A DNA stretch of 64,000 bases from Desulfurococcaceae archaeon (GTDB lineage Archaea > Thermoproteota > Thermoprotei_A > Sulfolobales > Desulfurococcaceae): positions 64,001-128,000 of the forward strand of contig JAWBAI010000002.1 of the NCBI GenBank assembly GCA_038816475.1. The letters run 5' to 3'. Under the pieces are notes generated by a model. The model did not search any database and was not told the DNA's origin. It was given only the letters and a program-made list of their open reading frames with translations. Numbering within the stretch: position 1 is the first letter of the stretch; every line of letters begins with the position of its first letter. A program made the translations under genes and the position numbers. Shown piece after piece: positions 1-9,662 of the stretch.

Positions 1-63
1 TCCCTGAGGATACGACAAGTCGTTTCTAAATTCATGCGGTAAAACAAGCACGGGTATTCGCAT
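1..63 (-). CDS. 5' part of probable GTP-dependent dephospho-CoA kinase (DUF359/COG1909), truncated by window edge
   Basis: ATG at 63 gives MRIPVLVLPHEFRNDLSYPQG; the LP..R..L..P.G pattern and position directly after spt4 fit the conserved archaeal operon. Confidence 0.6.
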   Translation of the reverse strand, partial: MRIPVLVLPHEFRNDLSYPQG

Positions 64-68
64 GCTGT

Positions 69-281
69 TCACTCGATCTTGATCGCGTATCTGCCTTTAC
101 GCGAGATTTCAAGTACCTTTGCTATTTCAGAGTCCTCTGGTTCAATAACCAGGATAACCCCGCTCCACTCGTCGGTGAAGTCTTTGGAACCGCATGATGG
201 GCATGTTTCCACGTTCTTTTCAACGAGGTACTTACAGTTCCTACATGCTTTAAAGGGTTTTGATCTACTGCGTGTACTCAA
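69..281 (-). CDS. spt4: Transcription elongation factor Spt4 (RpoE'')
   Basis: KACRNC...CPSCG zinc ribbon, WSG, GRYAIK; follows rpoE1. Confidence 0.95.
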   Translation of the reverse strand: MSTRSRSKPFKACRNCKYLVEKNVETCPSCGSKDFTDEWSGVILVIEPEDSEIAKVLEISRKGRYAIKIE

Positions 282-284
282 GCG

Positions 285-863
285 TTATCTCCTCTCTTTA
301 CTAAGCCATTCAAGTTTGCCTAAACCCGGTTGTCTCATTGTCATGCTAATTCTTATACCCTTACCTGGCTGAATTCCAGTTGTGTAAACTCTAGCTCTCA
401 CAATGTCTCCTCGTTCAACATACCTTCTGCTTTCTTCTAAAAGCAGTGAACCTCTCGCTGTATCAAAGGTTACTCTTTCATCAGCTACCTGATTTATGTG
501 TACGAAGCCGTCTATGGGTCCTAGATTTACGTAAAGACCGCTCCTAGTTACTGAAACTACTTCACCTTCAACCACTTCCTTGATGAACGGCATAAACACT
601 AGTGCATCGAAAAGCACTCTATGGTACGAAGCGCCGTCTCCTGGTATTAGTACACCAAGTTCATTCACGTCTACCTCCAGTATAGCTATTATTATGCCAT
701 ACAGAGGTGGACCTTCTTCCTTATGAACGTTGATCAACATGCCCTCATACTTGGCTTTAAGCTCTTCTAGTGCTGCTTCTCTGATTGGTTTGCTAAACTT
801 GTGTGGTGGTATTCTTACGTTGTCTCTAATACGCAAGATTGCGTACATGCTTTTATTCACCAA
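285..863 (-). CDS. rpoE1: RNA polymerase subunit E' (Rpo7)
   Basis: VRIPP, GDGA, EVVEGEV, GPIDGFVH S1 domain, TMRQPGLGK. Confidence 0.97.
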   Translation of the reverse strand: MVNKSMYAILRIRDNVRIPPHKFSKPIREAALEELKAKYEGMLINVHKEEGPPLYGIIIAILEVDVNELGVLIPGDGASYHRVLFDALVFMPFIKEVVEGEVVSVTRSGLYVNLGPIDGFVHINQVADERVTFDTARGSLLLEESRRYVERGDIVRARVYTTGIQPGKGIRISMTMRQPGLGKLEWLSKERR

Positions 864-929
864 TTGCTCCTATTTGACTGACCTGAATAGCCTACAATAC
901 TCTTACAGAGTACTCTAGAACAAAACTAC

Positions 930-1361
930 TTAAAAATACCCTTCAACTACAACTCTCCTTGACTCCTCCCGGAAGTAAGCTTCCGGTATTCCAATGGCAC
1001 GAAGCCTTGCTCTAAGTTCTCGATCATTCGTTGCTACAATTGCCTTGTTTTCAACAGCGTACCTTATGATCAGCTCATCGACGCTGGAGGTTTCCACATT
1101 CCCGTAGTCTACGATTTCGCAGAACATGCGAACAAGCTCTAGGGCTAGCAGCGCTTGTTTTCTGAGGGATTGCGCGGAGGTGCGTGATAGCTTGATTAAC
1201 TCGTTGAGAACTGGTGATAACACCACGAACCTAGGTCTAGTTTCTAGCTGTTCTTCTATTTGCTCAAAAACTCTAACACCACTCGCGGCAAGCATAAGCA
1301 TGTTTGTGTCTAGGACAACTATTGGCTTTCTAGTAGATTCAGTAGACGTTTTCAACAACAC
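930..1361 (-). CDS. PIN-domain protein (Fcf1/Utp24-like)
   Basis: LDTN, ATNDREL motifs; usual position between aIF2g and rpoE; exact start uncertain. Confidence 0.88.
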   Translation of the reverse strand: MLLKTSTESTRKPIVVLDTNMLMLAASGVRVFEQIEEQLETRPRFVVLSPVLNELIKLSRTSAQSLRKQALLALELVRMFCEIVDYGNVETSSVDELIIRYAVENKAIVATNDRELRARLRAIGIPEAYFREESRRVVVEGYF

Positions 1362-2595
1362 CCCAACCTGCGAGCCTCCAACGAGCCATTACTCTTCTTC
1401 CAATAGCTACTCGCATACCTTTCCATGCTACAACAGGCTCACTGAGATCTACGTCAACATAGTCCTTCTTAACGGATTTAACAGTTGAAAGCCTGGTAGC
1501 TGGTCCAACCACCACTATGATCTTCTCTCCGGGTTGAAGCGGTGGAAGCTTTACCTGCTGACCAGCTTTTAACCCTACCACTCTTTCTAAAACATGGTAG
1601 GATATACTAAGGCTTGTTGCCACAGGTAGTTTTTCATTGGGTTTCGTAACAACACTTCCTGCTAATCTATCCGCCTTCGCAAGTGATGGATCTAGCTTTG
1701 TTCTGATGGCAACTAGTCCTCCTGGTTTTGCCTCTTCGGATGATACATCACCGTACCTTATTTCCTCGATAGTTGTTACCAGTGGAACGTACTCCTGGGT
1801 TTTTTGTTTACCCGGTTTTTCGATCTTAACACCAGGTAGTATGATTATTTCATCGTTTAACTCAAGCTTACCTTGCAGAAGCGTTCCTCCTAGAACACCG
1901 CCTTGAACATCACCATATTGAGTACCGGGTCTATTTATGTCAAAGCTACGGATAACGTACATGATCGGTGGTTTCGAGAGATCTCGTTCAGGTGTTGAAA
2001 TAATTTCCTGAATCGCCTGAAGCAGGACATCTATGTTGACTTTGTGAAGAGCACTTACAGGTATGATGGGGGCGTTCTCAGCTATTGTTCCCTTAACGAA
2101 GTTGAGTATTTCATTATAGTTCTTAAGAGCTCTCTCCTTGGAAACAGCATCTATCTTGTTCTGAACTATAACGAGGTTTTTCACACCCAGGATTTCGAGG
2201 GCCATTAAGTGCTCAATTGTCTGAGGTTGAGGGCACTGCTCTGTAGCTGATATCACCAGAATTGCTCCGTCAATTACCATGGCGCCGCTAAGCATTGTTG
2301 TCATGTAAGCTTCGTGCCCGGGTGCATCCACGTAGCTAACTCTTCTGAGGATTCTCGAGCTACTACCGTCGGGACATACGGTTTCAGCTGTGAACGCGTC
2401 AGGGGGTTCCATGTTGTCACAGTATGCTATGTTCCCGTCAGCGTATCCCAAGAATATTGTCATTCCACGTTCGATCTCCCTGCTATGCTTCGCTGTCCAT
2501 ATACCGGTTAATGCCTGAACCAGGGTGGTCTTTCCGTGGTCAACGTGCCCTACTACTCCGATATTTACTTCCGGTAAAGCTTTTTCTTGAGACAA
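1339..2595 (-). CDS. eif2g: Translation initiation factor aIF2 gamma
   Basis: GHVDHGKT, RGMTIFLGYA, DAPGHE, PQPQT, NKID, RWRLAGWG. Confidence 0.98.
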   Translation of the reverse strand: MSQEKALPEVNIGVVGHVDHGKTTLVQALTGIWTAKHSREIERGMTIFLGYADGNIAYCDNMEPPDAFTAETVCPDGSSSRILRRVSYVDAPGHEAYMTTMLSGAMVIDGAILVISATEQCPQPQTIEHLMALEILGVKNLVIVQNKIDAVSKERALKNYNEILNFVKGTIAENAPIIPVSALHKVNIDVLLQAIQEIISTPERDLSKPPIMYVIRSFDINRPGTQYGDVQGGVLGGTLLQGKLELNDEIIILPGVKIEKPGKQKTQEYVPLVTTIEEIRYGDVSSEEAKPGGLVAIRTKLDPSLAKADRLAGSVVTKPNEKLPVATSLSISYHVLERVVGLKAGQQVKLPPLQPGEKIIVVVGPATRLSTVKSVKKDYVDVDLSEPVVAWKGMRVAIGRRVMARWRLAGWGVVENVY

Positions 2596-2634
2596 GAAAT
2601 CACCTAGCTTTGTATGTAAGCAGTGGTTTCACTT

Positions 2635-3285
2635 CTATTCATACATGATTTTGGTATTTATTTGAACCGTATCTGGAGCTATTGTATTTCCTCGTACCAT
2701 TTTGCGTCGTCTTTCACCTTTCTCTCGTGGATGGAATCCTGGAGGCTCTGAGAGTAAAGCTCTTTTCTTCACAGGACCCGGTATATCTGATCTCATCGGG
2801 AATCCGCTAACGTCGCTACCTCCGGTAATCACTAATTTTACTCCTTTAAGACCAATGATGCTTCCATCTATCTCGTCTCCTATTTTTAACCCCAGTAGGG
2901 CTTGTGTTCTCTCATCGTTAATGCGAATCTGCCAAGCTGGTGACCTGAACGCTTCCCCCTCGAGTTCCTGTGTTCCTGTTGAATCAATGAGCTTTACTAG
3001 ACTAACCTTTACGACGTTGTCCGGAACAGAGTCGTCGACCTCGACTCTGCCGGTGATCTTCACCTTGTCTCCAGTGTCAGGTCGTCTCATCCGCAAGGTT
3101 ACAACCTTGTACTTCGCTCCCAGTTCTTCAAGCATCTTAGAGTTCATTTTGATTATCGGTAGTTCGAGCTGCTCTTTCATTTTATCTGTAAAGGGTGTAT
3201 CGGGGTCTCCTACAATCCTCACCTTAAGCACTTTTCCCTTTTTGTATGCTTCTGGATCCGATACTACTATCTTGAAATCAGGCAT
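2635..3285 (-). CDS. rps6e: 30S ribosomal protein S6e, long crenarchaeal form with ~100-aa insert
   Basis: FKIVVSDP...ITGGSDVSGFPMR...GERRRKMVRGN. Confidence 0.97.
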   Translation of the reverse strand: MPDFKIVVSDPEAYKKGKVLKVRIVGDPDTPFTDKMKEQLELPIIKMNSKMLEELGAKYKVVTLRMRRPDTGDKVKITGRVEVDDSVPDNVVKVSLVKLIDSTGTQELEGEAFRSPAWQIRINDERTQALLGLKIGDEIDGSIIGLKGVKLVITGGSDVSGFPMRSDIPGPVKKRALLSEPPGFHPREKGERRRKMVRGNTIAPDTVQINTKIMYE

Positions 3286-3370
3286 ACATTCACCACGCCA
3301 CCAGCAATCCCGGTGGCATTTTAACTCATTAATTACAGGATTTAAATATTCTAAGCAAGGGTGATCCGCT

Positions 3371-5194
3371 GTGATTGCAAAAACCAGTAAGACTTGGATT
3401 AGGCAACCAATAGTTGCAGTACTAGGTCACGTAGACCACGGAAAAACAACACTACTGGACAAAATAAGAGGTACTGCTGTAGCTAAGAGAGAACCGGGAG
3501 AAATAACTCAGCATATTGGCGCAAGCATAGTACCCGCTAGTGTTCTCGAGAAGATCTCAGAACCCCTTAAGAAGATCTTTCCAAGGCTAAAGATCGAAAT
3601 TCCAGGGTTGCTCTTCATCGACACACCTGGACACGAGCTCTTCGTTAGTCTCAGGAGACGTGGAGGTAGCGTTGCAGATATAGCCATACTGGTTGTAGAC
3701 GTAATAGAGGGTGTAATGCCTCAGACAAAGGAAGCAATAATGCTCCTCAAGGAGAGAAGGGTGCCGTTCATCGTAGCTGCTAATAAAATAGATAGAATTG
3801 AAGGATGGACCCCGGTACCGGATACCCCATTCCTTGAGTCTATCAAGAAGCAAAGTCCTAGAACAGTAAATAAGCTTGAGGAGCAATTGTACAAAATAGT
3901 CGGGGACCTGTACACTCTCGGTTACCAAGCTGAGAGGTTTGATAGAGTCAAAGACTTCAGAACAACTGTAGCCATAGTACCTGTCTCAGCTAAAACTGGA
4001 GAAGGTTTAGCTGAACTATTATCTCTCGTTGCTGGTTTATCGCAACAATTCATGAAAAAGAAGCTTATCACGGGTGAAGAACCTGCTAAAGGTATAGTCT
4101 TGGAGGTTAAGGAGGAGGAAGGGCTTGGTGCAACGATCGACGTAATAGTGTACGATGGGGTTTTGAGAAGAAACGACATGATAATCTTGGCGTCCAAGAG
4201 CGGATACTTGGTAACTCGCGTTAGAGCTCTACTTCTACCAAGGCCACTACAAGATATGAGAATGCATGAAGGAAAGTTCATACAAGTCGATGAGGTGGCT
4301 GCTGCCGCAGGCGTAAAAATTGCAGCGCCTAATCTGGAGGAAGTCATGGCGGGATCACCGCTGTACGTTGTCCCGGACGAATCAAGCGTAGAAACCTATG
4401 TCAAAATGATACTCGAAGAGGTTGAAACTATCAGGATAAGGTCGGAGTCCGATGGAGTTATCGTGAAAGCAGACACTCTTGGCTCACTTGAAGCTCTTAT
4501 AGAAGCTTTGAGAAGAGAAGGTATACCAATTAAGCTAGCTGACGTTGGTCCCGTGTCTAGAAACGACGTAATGGAGGCCGTGGTCATCAAGAAGTCTAAA
4601 CCCGAGTACGGAGTAATCCTAGCATTCAACGTTAAGGTTCTGAAGGATGCAGAGGAGATGGCGGTGAAGGAGAACATAACGGTATTCGCAAATAACGTGG
4701 TCTACAGGTTGCTCGAAGACTTCCTAAAATGGCTTAAAGAATACAAGGAAATAGAGAAACGCCGCGAACTCGAGTCTTTGGTTAGACCAGCGAAGATAAG
4801 AATTATCCCAGGCTACGTGTTTAGGAGAAGCGACCCAGCTATTGTGGGAATAGAGGTTCTCGCAGGAACAGTTAAACCCGGATACGTCTTAATGCGTGAA
4901 GACGGAGTTAGCATCGGAAACATCATGCAGATCAGGGATAGAGACAACGTTTTAAAGGAGGCTATTGTTGGTCAAAGAGTAGCTATCAGTATTAAAGGTA
5001 AAGTCATGGTTGGTAGACAAATAGATGAGGGCGATGTCCTCTACACGGATATACCCAGAGATCACGTCACAATGTGGTTAACCAAGTACGCGAGTGAGCT
5101 GAGAGAAGATGAGCAATCGGTTTTAAAGGAAATAATTAGTATTAAGAGGAAAAGCGACCCACTGTATGGTTTTGTGTTCATGGCCCAGGAGTAG
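3371..5194 (+). CDS. infB: Translation initiation factor aIF5B (IF-2)
   Basis: RQPIVAVLGHVDHGKTTLLD, ITQHIGA, DTPGHE, NKID, KADTLGSLEAL. Confidence 0.98.
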   Translation: MIAKTSKTWIRQPIVAVLGHVDHGKTTLLDKIRGTAVAKREPGEITQHIGASIVPASVLEKISEPLKKIFPRLKIEIPGLLFIDTPGHELFVSLRRRGGSVADIAILVVDVIEGVMPQTKEAIMLLKERRVPFIVAANKIDRIEGWTPVPDTPFLESIKKQSPRTVNKLEEQLYKIVGDLYTLGYQAERFDRVKDFRTTVAIVPVSAKTGEGLAELLSLVAGLSQQFMKKKLITGEEPAKGIVLEVKEEEGLGATIDVIVYDGVLRRNDMIILASKSGYLVTRVRALLLPRPLQDMRMHEGKFIQVDEVAAAAGVKIAAPNLEEVMAGSPLYVVPDESSVETYVKMILEEVETIRIRSESDGVIVKADTLGSLEALIEALRREGIPIKLADVGPVSRNDVMEAVVIKKSKPEYGVILAFNVKVLKDAEEMAVKENITVFANNVVYRLLEDFLKWLKEYKEIEKRRELESLVRPAKIRIIPGYVFRRSDPAIVGIEVLAGTVKPGYVLMREDGVSIGNIMQIRDRDNVLKEAIVGQRVAISIKGKVMVGRQIDEGDVLYTDIPRDHVTMWLTKYASELREDEQSVLKEIISIKRKSDPLYGFVFMAQE

Positions 5195-5222
5195 AGCATG
5201 CGCAATGACGCCGTTCTCAACT

Positions 5223-5417
5223 CTACCTGGTTTGCTGACCGTACTTACGTGTCCACTTGAGCTTCCTCGGGTCTCTTCCCATTTGATAACTCTTAAAGCA
5301 CTTTCTACTGCAGAACCATAGTATTGTTCCATCGTTAAGCACGTACATTAGCCCTGTTCCCGGCTCTAATGCAACACCGCAAAATGTGCACGTCGCCTGT
5401 CTAGGCATAGAACTCAC
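5223..5417 (-). CDS. rpl24e: 50S ribosomal protein L24e
   Basis: CTFCG..EPGTG.MYV.NDG....FCSRKC..PRKLKWT. Confidence 0.97.
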   Translation of the reverse strand: MSSMPRQATCTFCGVALEPGTGLMYVLNDGTILWFCSRKCFKSYQMGRDPRKLKWTRKYGQQTR

Positions 5418-5490
5418 CTAACACGCATAATTATTTAAAGGCTTTTAAAACATAATTTGCAAGTGATTCATATAAACGTCTACAAGAATC

Positions 5491-5775
5491 GTGGTGACGT
5501 CTTTGGAAAACACAACTGAAACTGCACGTAAGCTCGTGTTTGAGCCGCCTAAAATCAACATTGTAGAAGAGATAGGTTTTCCAGCCGAAGTAGTTCAAAT
5601 ACTGGGACGTACGGGGGTAACAGGCGAGATTACTCAGGTTAGAGTAAGAATTCTCGAAGGAAGAGATAGAGGTCGAGTGATAACTAGAAACGTTAAAGGA
5701 CCTGTTAGAGTAGGCGATATACTAATACTGAGAGAAACTGAGAGAGAAGCTAGAAAGCTAACAACGAGACGGTAA
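5491..5775 (+). CDS. rps28e: 30S ribosomal protein S28e
   Basis: [34 protein letters not shown]; start uncertain. Confidence 0.97.
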   Translation: MVTSLENTTETARKLVFEPPKINIVEEIGFPAEVVQILGRTGVTGEITQVRVRILEGRDRGRVITRNVKGPVRVGDILILRETEREARKLTTRR

Positions 5776-5828
5776 AAACAATTTGCTTTATCAACTGTTT
5801 CTTTTAAAGGGTTTAGAGAGATTATTGT

Positions 5829-6221
5829 CTACACTCCGCTCTTAGCTCTTATCTCCTGAACACTCTTCACTATTTCGTCTACTAAGCTCTTAGCTCCTCC
5901 AGGATCTATAATGGCAACGGACGCGGCTGCAACCTCTATTCCGGCTGCTTCACCAAGCTTCTTTTTGCTAGGTACGTACGTGTAGGGGATTTTTTTCTCA
6001 TCGCATAGAATAGGTAAGTGAGCAACTATTTCTGGTGGATCTACATCCTCTGCTATGATGACTAGTTTTGCTAAGCCTCTTTCCACAGCTTTTGTTGTTT
6101 CATTGGTACCCTTCTTTATCTTACCACCTGTTTCTCTAGCTTTCTTCACCGCTTCGTACACTTTTTCAGCAAGTTCCGATGGGATATTGAATCTTACGTA
6201 AAAAGGCTTTGACATGGTCAT
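5829..6221 (-). CDS. rpl7ae: 50S ribosomal protein L7Ae
   Basis: [28 protein letters not shown]. Confidence 0.98.
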   Translation of the reverse strand: MTMSKPFYVRFNIPSELAEKVYEAVKKARETGGKIKKGTNETTKAVERGLAKLVIIAEDVDPPEIVAHLPILCDEKKIPYTYVPSKKKLGEAAGIEVAAASVAIIDPGGAKSLVDEIVKSVQEIRAKSGV

Positions 6222-6284
6222 CCTCCTCCCATATAGTCGTCATTTACATATGGAATACTAACTCGGCTTTATATACCTACCTTC

Positions 6285-8042
6285 TTATTCATGCGCAAAA
6301 ACTAGTACTATTTCCTCGGGTTTTACCGCATCCACTCTTGCAAAGCCTATTCTGTACAGCTGAACGATTGAATCTACTCTTTCACTGGTAATCCTGCTCT
6401 CAGCGTAAAGTACCTTTTCGCGTAGATCTAATTCACTAGGCACCAACAGCCTCACTCTTACGTTTTCACCGTGAGGAACCCACTGAATTATGGGGGCGTC
6501 AAGTTTCTTTGCTTCCTCTTGAGTTACACTATGAAGCTCGGCTACATATACAGGAGTATTATTATGCTCCGATAATCCCGATACGACAAAGTTCGCTAGA
6601 CCCATCAACCTAAACACTTTGTTCCTAACATCAAGAAGGTCTCTCTGCGAAATGTAGACTAGAGCTCCGTTTTCGACTACGTACTTATGGTGATCTTTTC
6701 TAGAGGGGTGAATGGGGATGTGTGCTTCTAGCGGAGATTCTATGTTCTTCAAGAGAAGTAGAACAGGGTTTTCAACCGCCATGTACCTGTTCGCCACCGG
6801 GTCTACTTTTGCTCTGTTTATCGCGTAGAGGTTGACAAGGCTTATTCTAGCATCTATCGGTTTAACGCCCACGTTCTTCACAAGCTCCCAAATGGTTTCT
6901 CTAACAATACCACGACGCCTTAACCCCTGAATAGTGCCCAATCTCGGGTCGGAGTAAGAGACTATGCCTTTTTCCGAAATAAGTTTCCTGGTTTTCGATT
7001 TGCTTAGTATAATACCCTCCAGCGAGAGCCTGCCAAAATGCAGTGTTTCAGGGTACTTCCAGCCCATGTGGTCGTAGAGGTACTTCTGCTTAATGGTGTT
7101 GGTAAGATGCTCTCTGGCTCTGAGGATATGGGTAACTCCCATTAGATGATCATCAACAGCTGCGGCGTAGTTGTACGTAGGCCACACGATGTATTTTTCC
7201 CCGGTGATCGGATGAGGCGTTTTCGAGGTATCAATGATTCTAAATGCAACCCAGTCTCGTACGCTTATATCAGGATGCTGGAGATCAGTTTTAACTCTAA
7301 CAACAGCTTCACCTTCACTGTACTTTCCTTCAAGCATTTTATCGAACTCCTCGAGCTGATCCTCTACGGACCTGTTCCTGTGAGGACAAGCTTTACCTGA
7401 ATTTCTGTGGATTTTGAACTCCTTGTTACTGCATAAGTCCACGTAAGCTCCTCCACGTTGAATAAGCTCCTTAGCTACACTATAGAAGACCTCTAGTCTA
7501 AGACTCTGAATGTACTCCTCGTCCCACTTTACTCCTAGCCACTTCAGGTCATCTTTAATAGATTCATATGAATCCGGGTATGGAGCCTTAGTCCTTGGAT
7601 CAGTATCTTCGAATCTTAGTATCATTTTCCCTTTGTAAGCTTGAGCGTACCAGTAGCTTAGGAGCGCTGGCCTTGCGTTTCCGAGGTGTAGGGAGAAATC
7701 TGGGTTTGGAGCTAATCTTGTAACGACTTTGCCTTCAACAGCGTTTGGAAGCGGTGGAAGCTCTTTCTTGAACTCCGAGGGCTTCTCCTCTAAAACCTCT
7801 GGCCAGTTGGACTTTACGATTGCTATCTGCTCCTCTAGAGATAGCTTGTTCACCTCTTCAACTACGTTCTTTATTACCTCAATGTATACTCGCATTTCTC
7901 TTCTTATCTCAGGAAGCTCTGCTGCTACCTTTGATGATACTGCTTTAAGATCCGCTTTTCCAGCGTGCTTTATGGCGTTCACTAGCGCATGCTTAAAGGC
8001 AACTTCACGGACTTTTTCTAACAGTGATTTCTCTGAGTTCAC
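6285..8042 (-). CDS. gltX: Glutamyl-tRNA synthetase
   Basis: TRLAPNPD, HLGN (HIGH), RFEDTDP, ILSKS (KMSKS); likely GTG start at 8042 after GGTGG (ORF track extends to 8093). Confidence 0.96.
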   Translation of the reverse strand: MNSEKSLLEKVREVAFKHALVNAIKHAGKADLKAVSSKVAAELPEIRREMRVYIEVIKNVVEEVNKLSLEEQIAIVKSNWPEVLEEKPSEFKKELPPLPNAVEGKVVTRLAPNPDFSLHLGNARPALLSYWYAQAYKGKMILRFEDTDPRTKAPYPDSYESIKDDLKWLGVKWDEEYIQSLRLEVFYSVAKELIQRGGAYVDLCSNKEFKIHRNSGKACPHRNRSVEDQLEEFDKMLEGKYSEGEAVVRVKTDLQHPDISVRDWVAFRIIDTSKTPHPITGEKYIVWPTYNYAAAVDDHLMGVTHILRAREHLTNTIKQKYLYDHMGWKYPETLHFGRLSLEGIILSKSKTRKLISEKGIVSYSDPRLGTIQGLRRRGIVRETIWELVKNVGVKPIDARISLVNLYAINRAKVDPVANRYMAVENPVLLLLKNIESPLEAHIPIHPSRKDHHKYVVENGALVYISQRDLLDVRNKVFRLMGLANFVVSGLSEHNNTPVYVAELHSVTQEEAKKLDAPIIQWVPHGENVRVRLLVPSELDLREKVLYAESRITSERVDSIVQLYRIGFARVDAVKPEEIVLVFAHE

Positions 8043-8511
8043 CTGGAACCACCACGAGTACGACTTTCCTGGGAGATTCCCACACCATGTCAACCACGAA
8101 CACTACTGCACCTTCGCAACGTGAGAACACGTTTCTGACCTCCATTTTGCTCGTGACAACATATGCCACTTTCTCGTTCATTTTAACTTCATCACCTTCC
8201 GTTTTTAGGATGTAAACAAAGCTACCTACTATTTCCTGTAGGCAGAGTTTTGTATTTTTCTCTACGAAATAACCCTTGTAGACGTCAACTGCTGGATCCT
8301 CTCGCACTATTACAACCGTTCGCTTCAATACGGCCTCGAGCAGGTCTACAGAGTTTAGGATCTGCTCATATGGTATTAAGCCAAATAGTCTTTCACAGTT
8401 CATAGTGTCGTCTTTAACTACTATGAACTCTCCTCTGGTATAACACAAATACCTGTTGCTTTTCTCGTCTTCTACGAAGACAGAGTAGAAAACATACTCG
8501 CTACTCTTCAT
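8005..8511 (-). CDS. Conserved archaeal protein, DUF2118-like (lipoyl/biotinyl-barrel-like)
   Basis: EGDEV...KVAYVVTSKMEVRNV.S..EG.V pattern; overlaps both fni and gltX in the operon. Confidence 0.65.
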   Translation of the reverse strand: MKSSEYVFYSVFVEDEKSNRYLCYTRGEFIVVKDDTMNCERLFGLIPYEQILNSVDLLEAVLKRTVVIVREDPAVDVYKGYFVEKNTKLCLQEIVGSFVYILKTEGDEVKMNEKVAYVVTSKMEVRNVFSRCEGAVVFVVDMVWESPRKVVLVVVPGELREITVRKSP

Positions 8512-9637
8512 GTCTACACCTTAGCTCTTTGATGTAGAGTGGAACATCTATACCTCTTGTTACGAGAAAGCTTGCTATTGTTGGACCAAGCATTATAGGT
8601 GTTTTGCAGAGCTTATCTACGCTTTGGGCTCCTACAAGAAACATGACTATCCTTAGCTCAGAGACGTAGTTTTCAACGTATTTAACAGCGCTGTTGAATC
8701 CACCTTCTAAAAGTGCTTTAAGCAAAGGTCTTGCAAAACCAACCATATTCGCGCCTAGCGCCAGCGACTTGGCTGCTTTAATACCATCCCAAATCCCGCC
8801 ACTCGCGATTACAAGTGAACTTCTGCTTGCAAATCGTGTTTCCACTATCGAGATAGGTGTTGGTAACCCCCACCACTCACTGTGTAGTTTAACTCCTAGC
8901 TGGTGATTGAACGTGTTTTCAGGGCATCTCTGTGCTTCCACTTTAACCCAGCTTGTACCACATGCACCTGCTACGTCGAAGATCCTTATGCCAAGCTTTG
9001 AGAACAATGAAACTACTTCCATCGAGAGACCGTGACCAACCTCCTTAACTATGACCGGTTTGCTCATGCTCTTAAGAAGCGTTGAGAGCCTTTCCAGTAG
9101 TTTCTCGCTGAAGTCTGTGTCTCCTTCGGGTTGAACAACTTCTTGCGCGGGGTTTAAGTGCACCGCGAGCGCATCTGCACCAGTAACTTCGATCGCATGG
9201 ATAATGTCGTTCAAGTCCAATTCTAGAAGCTGAGCAATACCTATATTGCCTATAACAGGGACATCACTGGCTATGTCTCTTACAACTCTGTATGTTTCTA
9301 GAATACTGGAGTTGAATTTCGATGTGATAATCGGTCTCTGGCTCCCAAGTCCAACAGCTATTTTGAACTTACTGGCTATTTTAGCAATGTTTTCATTTAT
9401 TGTTTTAGCCTCCTGTACACCTCCTGTCATCGCCTCTATGATTATGGGAGCTTCCAAATCGTAGTTTAAGAACCTCGTTTTTAGATCAACATCACTGAGT
9501 TTTAAACCTGGAAAAGCCCTGTGAACAAGGCGTATTTCTGAGAAAAGAGGATTGCATCTTTCTTCGTATGTGACATCGTCTCTAAGGCTTATTCTTATGT
9601 GCTGCGCTTTTCTATTTTGAATATCCTCTAGAGTCAA
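8501..9637 (-). CDS. fni: Type 2 isopentenyl-diphosphate delta-isomerase
   Basis: RK..HI, AMTGG, GSQR, HLNPAQE..QPEGD, KEVGHG, GTSW, ASGG. Confidence 0.96.
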   Translation of the reverse strand: MTLEDIQNRKAQHIRISLRDDVTYEERCNPLFSEIRLVHRAFPGLKLSDVDLKTRFLNYDLEAPIIIEAMTGGVQEAKTINENIAKIASKFKIAVGLGSQRPIITSKFNSSILETYRVVRDIASDVPVIGNIGIAQLLELDLNDIIHAIEVTGADALAVHLNPAQEVVQPEGDTDFSEKLLERLSTLLKSMSKPVIVKEVGHGLSMEVVSLFSKLGIRIFDVAGACGTSWVKVEAQRCPENTFNHQLGVKLHSEWWGLPTPISIVETRFASRSSLVIASGGIWDGIKAAKSLALGANMVGFARPLLKALLEGGFNSAVKYVENYVSELRIVMFLVGAQSVDKLCKTPIMLGPTIASFLVTRGIDVPLYIKELRCRHEE

Positions 9638-9662
9638 TAAGCAAGCACCATTGTTAAAAGTA

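Noticed and set aside
2360-2430. aIF2-gamma zinc knuckle with only two Cys; TFB1 ribbon also degenerate
   Set aside because: Loss of zinc ligands at these sites is a recurrent lineage variant; low novelty.
5185-5230. Inverted repeat CCAG..GTAGAG / CTCTACCTGG between convergent infB and rpl24e
   Set aside because: Short, with a large loop, and partly coding; cannot be called a terminator from sequence alone.
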